From contig NW_027437430.1 of assembly GCF_964204645.1 (NCBI RefSeq), positions 1 through 64,000 on the forward strand: 64,000 nt of DNA. Reading direction: 5' to 3'. The notes under the pieces are model-generated. The model was not told where the DNA came from, made no database searches, and saw only the letters and a program-made list of their open reading frames with translations. The number at the start of each line of letters is the position of its first letter. Position 1 is the stretch's first letter. The translations under genes and the position numbers were made by a program. The DNA comes from Tubulanus polymorphus. Its lineage: Eukaryota; Animalia; Nemertea. Positions 1-8,634 of the stretch are shown here, one piece after another.

Positions 1-6
1 TGTCGA

Positions 7-50
7 GCAAAAGGTTGAAAGCCTGTTTTGGTCGATGGCGAGTGACGTCA
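7..50 (+). repeat. Left terminal inverted repeat (44 bp)
   Basis: Reverse complement of 12066-12109 except position 40 vs 12076. Confidence 0.95.
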
Positions 51-709
51 CTAGTACAAATTCCGAGCGGTTCGAATCCCACAATACGCCAAAATCACTA
101 CGGCCGCTCTGAGCGCACATCGCATTTCAACGTTGCCGTTTAATAATTGTAAAATAACTAATAATAGTTTAAGTTTTATAAGGGTTAGAAGTACATTGTA
201 TTTACTGCTAGTGTATGTATATATCATGTACGGTTGCGAGAAATCCCTGCCCTAGTTAAACAGTAAGTCCACTAAATCTTTAAATTTTAAGTTGTTTAAT
301 GAAACTATTATTGTTTTAAATTGTTAAAACTGCAAACTATGGTTGTCGAAGATGCACCTTCTTCACATCCTTTGAAATCCTAGATAGCATCGCTGTCGGC
401 AAAGACCTTCAGGTCTGTCTTCAACGGCACATCGCTTTGGAACAAGCGACTACTGTGTTATCAAATCTGAACTAGGTAAAAAAATGTTCCCCAAAAATAA
501 AGACAAGTAAACGGATTAATTTGAGGTTTGAATGTTTTTGTTTATTTGTTGGTTCAAATCGAACCCTCGTCATCCTGATCTCCATAAATCTAAGAAAAGT
601 ATTCGCACACTTAAAACAATAAAATACGAGCAATAAGCAATAACATCAGACTGGAGTAAGTAACTTTACTTAATTCACAGATACAATCCTACACAAAACA
701 ATAGCTATT

Positions 710-951
710 CAGTGGCGGATCCACCCCTCTATTTTTACCGATGTAGCCGCAAATCTATGCGTTACTGAGTAAAAACCGAATGAAATCTTTCTATTAAGTA
801 ATGCTCAGAATGCACCTGCTTGCATCTATTTTTCCAAAAAATTTTTAGGAAGGGTCTTCGCGTTATCGGTGCTTGCTCTGGAATGGCTTACAGCCATCTG
901 TTGTTGCTTTCATTTGCCCCCCCCCCCTTCAAAATGCTGGATCCGCCCCTG
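710..951. mobile_element. Small non-autonomous element (MITE, hAT-like ends) nested in the large transposon
   Basis: Ends CAGTGGCGGATCCA ... TGGATCCGCCCCTG (13/14 inverted match); related ends at ~10885-11145 and ~26206-26337; no clear TSD. Confidence 0.6.
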
Positions 952-1084
952 AGTGCAGACAAAATGATCGACAAAGACATACAGAACTCTAAAACAACAG
1001 TTAACAATTTAAGCAACGATAGACAAAACAGATAGCTGATTACTTTACAAACCTGTTGTCAGAACCTTAATTATTTTTACATGT

Positions 1085-1965
1085 ACATACAGAGGACTGT
1101 TAACAATTCAACCAATGAAATTGCGATAGAGATACAGAACATACAGCTTTAACAGTAAACAATGCAACCAATGAAATTGCGATAGAGATACAGAACATAC
1201 AGCTTTAACAGTAAACCATGCAACCAATGAATTGCGATTAACTAAGACCTACGAGCAATTATCAAGTTTGATAATTGCTCGTAGCTAAGACATACAGGAC
1301 AAACAGGACTAACTTAATTGCGATAGACATACAGGACATACAGGATTAACAGTAGACAATTCAACCAACGAATTGCGATTAACTAAGACATACAGGACTA
1401 AACCACAGGACATACAGGACTAACAGTAGACAATTCAACAACCAATGAATTGCGATTAACTAAGACATACAGGACATACAGGACTAACTTAATTGCGATA
1501 GACATACAGGACTAACAGTAAACAATGCAACCAATGAATTGCGATCGCGATCACAAAGACATACAGGACAAAACCACAGGACATACAGGACTAACAGTAG
1601 ACAATTCATTAACCAATGAATTGCGATTATTTAAGAAATACAGGACTAACTTAATTGCGATAGACATACAGGACATACAGGATTAACAGTAGACAATTCA
1701 ACCAACGAATTGCGATTAACTAAGACATACAGGACTAAACCACAGGACATACAGGACTAACAGTAGACAATTCAACAACCAATGAATTGCGATTAACTAA
1801 GACATACAGGACATACAGGACTAACTTAATTGCGATAGACATACAGGACTAACAGTAAACAATGCAACCAATGAATTGCGATCGCGATCACAAAGACATA
1901 CAGGACAAACAGGAATAAACCACAGTAAATTGCGATAAAAAAGACATACAGGACTAACTGCAGTA
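1085..1965. repeat. Subterminal complex tandem repeat array
   Basis: Many GACATACAGGAC / CAACCAATGAATTGCGAT modules; a ~270-bp block (1303-1572) is repeated at 1640-1909 (period 337). Confidence 0.92.
1242..1291. mobile_element. 36-bp palindromic insert with 7-bp TSD (probable transposon excision footprint)
   Basis: CTAAGAC | CTACGAGCAATTATCAA-GT-TTGATAATTGCTCGTAG | CTAAGAC; interrupts the repeat unit TTAACTAAGACATACAGG, which is uninterrupted in sister units. Confidence 0.8.
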
Positions 1966-2736
1966 AATATATAGGGCCTTAGGAATGCAAAATTCATTCA
2001 TTTTGTCATTTGTAAACATTCCACAACTTATTTCATTATGTCATTTCCAGTTTTCAAAGGGAATTTTCTTAACTTCAGATGCCTCGAGGACATAAACATA
2101 TAGAAAGATCTGTCCCAAAAAAATGTCAAGTGTCTTTCATAGTGCAATGGGCCCTGGTTTCCACGTTTATATATCACATATAAAATTCTACAGAAACAAT
2201 CAATGAATAAGTGAAAATTTACGAATAACAAACAAGACATTCAAGCAGTTGAGTAAGTTAAAATGGGACCAATCTATATATATTATATATGGATTATACA
2301 ATTTAATCAGGGACAGCCTTGAACCGAGGTTGATGTGTCCATACACTCTCTTCATACACTCTCTGAACATGCATGTATGTATACTGCTGCCAATTGATGA
2401 TAAGTCAAGGATGTTGAAGTTCTAGACATGGTCAGAATCATCCAGAGACATCGGCACGCATCACAATAACTGATGATTTTGCAGTAACCTGTAACATAAA
2501 AAATCAAGCGGTAATCTATTCACAAAATATATTTTCCTGAAAGAAAAAACCTGAAATAGAGCACTATAAACACCAGTGCATATACATCGCTTCTTAACCT
2601 TATATATAATCGAGTAAATATATAGGTGACTAAGTGACGGTCATTATAGGCTTCTACGTTCACCATGGGAAATGAAAATATTTCTAACGTCAGGGATTCA
2701 TTCGAAACCCGATCAATAATATTCTATACAAACTAT

Positions 2737-5700
2737 TTAGGAAATCGGGTCACAATGAAAACAAAACCACCTGATATGTTCAGGAGGAGCCTCATTGATT
2801 GGAGCACATTTCCAATGATACCATCTATGGCAATTATCACATTCAATTGAGAATGTGGACTTTTTCTTAGGATTAGCATTGCAGTTTTTGTGGCAGACAG
2901 GGCAGGTTTCAGCAACTAACCGAGAAGGGGTTTTTTCAACTTTTGATGACAAAAGATTATCTAGTTTCAATTTTGCTAGGTTTTGGAGGCCTGCATTTCC
3001 AGGTTGATCTATAAGAATTTCTAATTCTTTTTCAGAATTGGAATTATTGATTTCTGTAATAGGAGAACTGTTGAGATAATCATCTCTATTATTATAATCG
3101 ATTACAATAGATTTTTTCTTATGATGATTATGTTCAATACGAATGTGCTTTTGAAGGAATGTTTCACTTGCATATGAATTAATAACCCCATCTGCCCAAC
3201 AAATAGCACATGAGATAGGTTTCAAAGATGAATGAGAAGTGGATATGTGCCTATCTAGTTCCCTGCGACATGAACAAAGATATGGAGGATTTATTTTGTC
3301 TTTAATACAAAAGGAACAGACAATACTTTTTTCAAATAAAACAGACTTCGAGTCATTTTTAACAACTGGTATTGACTTAATATCTTTTGGTTTGGTATCT
3401 TTTGATTTTTTTGGTAAGGATGATTTATTCTGACTTAAAATATCTGCTGAAAATTCGATATCATTGCCAGGATCTGGATCAGTGGAGTCTATGGTTTCAA
3501 TTTCTGATATTTTAGCTTTTTTACCTAGTTTGATAGCAGCATTTTCAACCATAGCAGAAAAGGATACACCTCTGTTAGCAGGTCTAATTATCTTTCGCCC
3601 TCCGTGTCTTGCATTCTCAGCATCTTTAGGCATTGTAACCTTAGGACAGTAAGGGTCTATCACTTCAAGTTCAGGAAGGTTTATGGCAACCTGATTGTCC
3701 TTGATTGGACCCTCAGCACGCCTATGAGCCATATTGTGAGGTTGTCGTTTGGCAGGTCGTCCGCTTATTAACTTAATTCCACAGTGGCTTTCATTATGTA
3801 AAATACTTAGAATGTGCCCTTTCCGAGCAGCATTGATATCATTCGAGCTAGCAATGTGGGAATGATCTTTTAACTTATCAATGAGGGTAGATGAAACAGA
3901 AATATTTTGTCGAGTAAAATTGTAAGTTGGCAGAGGCTCCACAATGTGGAATTTATATGCATCAATTAAAGCCTTCGTTGTGGTTATATTGTTTTTTTGG
4001 GCAAAACAGGCAAAAAGATGTTTGCAAAAATATGGTTGTCCAATCATTATAAAAGCTTCACAAGTACATATACCTAGTTTCAAATTGATTAAATGGCAAT
4101 TACCATCTACGTATGAAAGACAATTTTCAGGAACGATTGTAATAACGTAATTGAATAAGATACGACTGGATATTGAATCTAAATTTCCTATGTACCTTCG
4201 GCATTTTTTTGAAATGTCATATGAATGTTCCTCGGATATTGATACTTTATCGGGGAATCTTTCTTCTAAAACATCAAGCTGATTGAATGTATATTGAGTA
4301 TCACCATTGAAAAAATTATCATTATCTTCTAACCTATTTAAGTTCTTTCGTGAAGAACTCTTCACAACAAACCAATTAGTTTCTTCATCATATTTTAAAA
4401 TCTCATTATTCTGTAATAAATCAAAGGCTCTTTTGCAACACTTTTCTATCTTTTCAAGGTGACGTATATTCTTAACTCGTTGGTCAAGTTGCTTAAATTG
4501 GAGATTGTTCATATTTGTCGCTTTGATCTCATCATTAAAAACATTTTCAAACAGTAATCGTACAAAAGATGATATCAGTTTATTTAGGTGTCCACTTAAG
4601 TAGACATCATCTATTTGTTTGAATTTGCGCTCAGTAATATTATCAGTTAATAGCAAAGGGTTATTTCTGTTAGATTGGTCTGACTGATAAATTGATTCAG
4701 CATTGAATGCATCAGACCAAATTTGGGAATTAAACCAATTCTTCTTTAGGTAATCAATAAATAATGTTTTTGTATCTTGCGACATAAGGTCTAAAGAAAT
4801 ATCATTCTCAATAAAACTAATAAATGAATTGGCTATATCAGTTCTAGAGGAAGCATCCCATGATCTCATAATGCATTTGAAACCAGTTTCTAGAGGCTTG
4901 CAAAATAAGCGAAGTTCTTGATTTTCATTCATGAAGCGACGAATACACTGCAGGACATGAAAATTACATAGTACTGATTTAAGATTATTGTCAGATGCTC
5001 CTTGCTTTAGACTTGCATCTTTATCATGTTGTACAAAAGGACAAAATCTAGATGTTGATGAACATGGCTTGATTCTGAAAAAACCATTGCCATCATTAAA
5101 TATATAGAATTCAGATGGATGATTACATTTTTCGTCTTTACATGGTGTATTGGCTAGAACTAACTGGATGGTAGTTGCATGAGTAGCCCCCCCTTCATCA
5201 CTACTAATTGATGCAGCAGCAATACGTCCTTCATTTTTGTTGTCTGCAAAAGTTACAAATGAAGTTTTGAATTTCCACGAATTGAAATCATGTTTCACGT
5301 CAATACCAATGACAGATTGTCCAAAGTTGGATAAATGTTCCAGAGAACGAGGATCAGAGAGAATAATGTGATAATTACGTTTGAGTGTGGCATCCCCTCG
5401 TTGAAATAAAAGGACAGATTCATAGTTACCCTCTAATAATTTTTCAGTATTTCTCCAATCAGAACTTAGAATAGGTATTTCGTCTTGAGATTTCATATGT
5501 AATTTTATCGAAGATTTATCAATATATTTCAATCTATTTGAAATTTGATCTAGGGTATGGTCATGACCGGCGCCATCATTTACATTTGATACATGAAGGT
5601 TATTGTGAGCATTGGTGGCAGAAAGAACCTTCATTGCTGTGGCTTTCATCATGACTCTATTTTCATCCCATCTATCTCTAGTAGATAAATTAGGTCGCTT

Positions 5701-8484
5701 TTTAATTTGTAAAGGAATATTGTCATGATATTGACCATTAAGTGGTTTGCTGAAGATTCTCCACTTGGATAAATCAGTACTAAATAATACAAGTTTTGTT
5801 GCCCAATAACACATAAAATGAGGGTGAATTAATTTTTTTGGCTCAAACTGCTGCCTTAACTTCACAGGACGATCACGTTTATTCTTCAGCTTATAGTTGT
5901 AACAGTTGGAACAAAGTGTTTCACCATCAGCATTTTTCCTCCATTTGTTAGACATGGTAATGGAGCAATGAATACATTGTTTATCATTTAAAACAACGTC
6001 AATTTGACATGAGGGACAATTAGTGATGTTACTGGACATATTCAACTTTGAAAGATAATATCCACATGATGATTTACAAACTGAAGACTTTGACGAACAT
6101 TTTATGAGCATTTCTGCAGCCACAAATTGAGAAGTATCCTCAACAATTGGCTCAATAAATTCAAATTTATTATCTAATCTATGGGTTTGCCAATTCTTTT
6201 TTAATGTTAAGGAAGCTTTCATCGTTGTCTGGTTACCAACAAATGAAGGCCGCACATTCTTATGCAGACGAACTGTTTTTGTAAAATCAAAAGTGAATCT
6301 ATCGAAATAATATTTTGTGTCAGCACCAGTCATTACTTCCCCATTTTCAACCCATTCATCACTAAGTGGATTCTGGTTGTTGAGGTATTTCTTGATAGTG
6401 TCAATGGCTACCTGGTCATTTGTACCTTGGTCTGTACAATGAAAACTTTTATACTTCGTCTTACTGCCAGTTGAATGAAAAGCAACTTCAAGATAATGCT
6501 TTCCTCTCCTGATGCGATGGGAGATAGTAGTTTTAGAACCATTAATATGGGAAGTTAATGGTTCAGCTGAATTTAGAGTTAATGAGGATTGAGGATTCAA
6601 AATTGAGGATGTAGATTCAGGTGTAGATTCATTATTCGAAATTGGTGTAGATTCAGGTGTAGATTTAATAGTCAAAATTGGTGCAGATTCACTATTCGAA
6701 ATTGGTGTAGATTCATTAGTCAAAATTGGTGCAGATTCACTATTCGAAATTGGTGTTGATTCAGGTGTTGATTCATTAGTCAAAATTGGTGCAGATTCAC
6801 TATTCGAAATTGGTGTTGATTCATTAGTCAAAATTGCTGCAGATTCATAATTCGAAATTGGTGTAGATTCAAGTGTTGATTCATTATTCAAAATTGGTGT
6901 AGATTTAGATTTGGCTGTAGTTAAGACTGATTTGCTTTTTTTAGGGGCAATATAAGAGTCTGACATCTTTAATTCAGAACTAGCTAGTGTATTATTTGAC
7001 TCAGTTGATCGTTTATGTCTCTGTCTGCGAGATAATCGTGATATCTTAGAGAAAGTAGTACTATTAGCAGTAGGTTGAGATGACTTTGAGAAGAGTTGAG
7101 TAATATCAATTAGATGTTTCATAAGCCAATTAATCAATATCAATCTAACAAAATCAGAATAGTTAGAAATGTTCTTAAGATAAGATAATTCATTGGGAGA
7201 TGAAAATACACTTGAAATATCCTTTTCATAATAGGTTGCAATGCAAGCACCAATTAATGTAGCAGGGCCACAGACAGATGAACATGATTGGAGTGGGTAA
7301 TAACTAGTACAATTATTACTACATACATGCACTGAATTTTCAGTAACAAAATGAGGATCATGGAGGTGGATATAAACAGGATCAGGGCAATTCAAACCTT
7401 TCAAAACAGATCTTAAATGATTTTTAAATTCCCTTGGACAATCCCATGCTAGTGTATCAGCATAACACAGTTTGTTACTTTTTGGGTAAAAAACTGCTAG
7501 TGCATAATGATTGGCAACAACATGTCCATAAGAATTTAGAAATACGAAATCGTTTTGGGTGCCAACATGCAGGAAAAAAATTAGTTTATCACAACTTATG
7601 AGTGGATTAGGACCGAATCTTTTATATAAATTTGAAACATATTTCTTAGCATCAAATGTAAGTGGCATCATAAATGCATGAATATTACAGTACTGTTCAT
7701 TTATCATAGATGCAAAAGCATTTAACACAGATCCTTCAAACCATTTTTGATTAGTCATCGTCTGAAGTTCTGATACAGATACGCTATTATTATTACCAAC
7801 TGGAAATTGTTGAGAGGGTTTTAAGGAAAAGAGCATATTTGAAAATGCTTGAATCTGTTCCCAATCGACTGAATCAGTGGGGCTTAAAGGCTTACTATTT
7901 ACCCAAAGATTCATGGCAAAAAGATCTTGTTGTTTGGTTTTAGCATAATGTAAGAAAAGAAACCTATTAATCTGATCAATAGAATAGCAGCCTGTATCGA
8001 GTCTCACATGGATATTAATGGAAGGGTCACGGACAATCCTTGACTGCATCTGTGCTTTTATGTCCTCCAACTGATTTTTGTGGGGCATAGTGGGGGCATC
8101 ATCAGCCAAATGACATGAATTAGACATGTCACAAATTCTGAATGACGTGACCTTTGATGGCATAACAGGAGGAATTTTCAAAAACTGATAGTCATTGAGG
8201 CACATTTCTGTTGGATTGTAACTAAAATTTCTTCTACATACATGTTCATCATCAGAATCATTCTCATCACTATCATCAATTATGATTGGTTCGATACCTC
8301 CACCACCTGTGATACTTAGCTGTTTTTTGTTTTCCATCCAGCTATCTTCCTGCATCTTTAATCTTTCTATCCTTTCTTTCGAACTATCTTCCTGCATCTT
8401 TTCTGCTTCCTCTATCGTTCCTTCCGAGAAATTGTCACAAGCCGCGTCCTTTCCTTCTTCCTCCATTGTCCGCCTGAAATACAC
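2737..8484 (-). CDS. Multidomain MULE-like transposase, main exon: Ulp1/SENP (C48) protease, S/T/P repeats, GATA finger, DDE core, SWIM, 2x C2H2, PHD
   Basis: 1915-codon open frame. Protease: W(F)EGSVLNAF, NHYALAV, YADT, LQSCSSVCG. GATA: C-x2-C-x17-C-x2-C plus basic tail. DDE: IGIDVKH, QHDKD, CNFH, TDNITE. SWIM: CTC-x11-CKH. PHD: CPVC...CDNCHRWYHWKC...WFCFHC. Confidence 0.9.
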   Translation of the reverse strand: MYFRRTMEEEGKDAACDNFSEGTIEEAEKMQEDSSKERIERLKMQEDSWMENKKQLSITGGGGIEPIIIDDSDENDSDDEHVCRRNFSYNPTEMCLNDYQFLKIPPVMPSKVTSFRICDMSNSCHLADDAPTMPHKNQLEDIKAQMQSRIVRDPSINIHVRLDTGCYSIDQINRFLFLHYAKTKQQDLFAMNLWVNSKPLSPTDSVDWEQIQAFSNMLFSLKPSQQFPVGNNNSVSVSELQTMTNQKWFEGSVLNAFASMINEQYCNIHAFMMPLTFDAKKYVSNLYKRFGPNPLISCDKLIFFLHVGTQNDFVFLNSYGHVVANHYALAVFYPKSNKLCYADTLAWDCPREFKNHLRSVLKGLNCPDPVYIHLHDPHFVTENSVHVCSNNCTSYYPLQSCSSVCGPATLIGACIATYYEKDISSVFSSPNELSYLKNISNYSDFVRLILINWLMKHLIDITQLFSKSSQPTANSTTFSKISRLSRRQRHKRSTESNNTLASSELKMSDSYIAPKKSKSVLTTAKSKSTPILNNESTLESTPISNYESAAILTNESTPISNSESAPILTNESTPESTPISNSESAPILTNESTPISNSESAPILTIKSTPESTPISNNESTPESTSSILNPQSSLTLNSAEPLTSHINGSKTTISHRIRRGKHYLEVAFHSTGSKTKYKSFHCTDQGTNDQVAIDTIKKYLNNQNPLSDEWVENGEVMTGADTKYYFDRFTFDFTKTVRLHKNVRPSFVGNQTTMKASLTLKKNWQTHRLDNKFEFIEPIVEDTSQFVAAEMLIKCSSKSSVCKSSCGYYLSKLNMSSNITNCPSCQIDVVLNDKQCIHCSITMSNKWRKNADGETLCSNCYNYKLKNKRDRPVKLRQQFEPKKLIHPHFMCYWATKLVLFSTDLSKWRIFSKPLNGQYHDNIPLQIKKRPNLSTRDRWDENRVMMKATAMKVLSATNAHNNLHVSNVNDGAGHDHTLDQISNRLKYIDKSSIKLHMKSQDEIPILSSDWRNTEKLLEGNYESVLLFQRGDATLKRNYHIILSDPRSLEHLSNFGQSVIGIDVKHDFNSWKFKTSFVTFADNKNEGRIAAASISSDEGGATHATTIQLVLANTPCKDEKCNHPSEFYIFNDGNGFFRIKPCSSTSRFCPFVQHDKDASLKQGASDNNLKSVLCNFHVLQCIRRFMNENQELRLFCKPLETGFKCIMRSWDASSRTDIANSFISFIENDISLDLMSQDTKTLFIDYLKKNWFNSQIWSDAFNAESIYQSDQSNRNNPLLLTDNITERKFKQIDDVYLSGHLNKLISSFVRLLFENVFNDEIKATNMNNLQFKQLDQRVKNIRHLEKIEKCCKRAFDLLQNNEILKYDEETNWFVVKSSSRKNLNRLEDNDNFFNGDTQYTFNQLDVLEERFPDKVSISEEHSYDISKKCRRYIGNLDSISSRILFNYVITIVPENCLSYVDGNCHLINLKLGICTCEAFIMIGQPYFCKHLFACFAQKNNITTTKALIDAYKFHIVEPLPTYNFTRQNISVSSTLIDKLKDHSHIASSNDINAARKGHILSILHNESHCGIKLISGRPAKRQPHNMAHRRAEGPIKDNQVAINLPELEVIDPYCPKVTMPKDAENARHGGRKIIRPANRGVSFSAMVENAAIKLGKKAKISEIETIDSTDPDPGNDIEFSADILSQNKSSLPKKSKDTKPKDIKSIPVVKNDSKSVLFEKSIVCSFCIKDKINPPYLCSCRRELDRHISTSHSSLKPISCAICWADGVINSYASETFLQKHIRIEHNHHKKKSIVIDYNNRDDYLNSSPITEINNSNSEKELEILIDQPGNAGLQNLAKLKLDNLLSSKVEKTPSRLVAETCPVCHKNCNANPKKKSTFSIECDNCHRWYHWKCAPINEAPPEHIRWFCFHCDPIS
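6600..6910 (-). repeat. Coding minisatellite (48/60-bp units) giving ESTPISNSESAPILTN repeats
   Basis: Near-identical CAAAATTGGTGCAGATTCACTATTCGAAATTGGTG units at 6673, 6721 and 6781, with more divergent flanking units; all length variation is in multiples of 3. Confidence 0.92.
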
Positions 8485-8634
8485 ATTATCAACTCACTTT
8501 TTTTAGACATATGAATAGATAGAGTATGAAATTACCCATATAGGCCTAACATAAAACATGGGTATCTCTGAGTCATTTGCATTAAGTCATTTAGATTTGT
8601 AGGTACTAAATTAATTGAATTATGTTGTACTTAC

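Noticed and set aside
60-120. tRNA gene
   Set aside because: Only a T-loop/B-box motif; no acceptor, D or anticodon stems
1085-1965. CRISPR-like array
   Set aside because: Eukaryotic context, no unique spacers (intervening segments are themselves repeated), no cas genes
2665-8506. Small + strand and alternate-frame ORFs overlapping the transposase
   Set aside because: Antisense shadows of a long coding exon; no motifs
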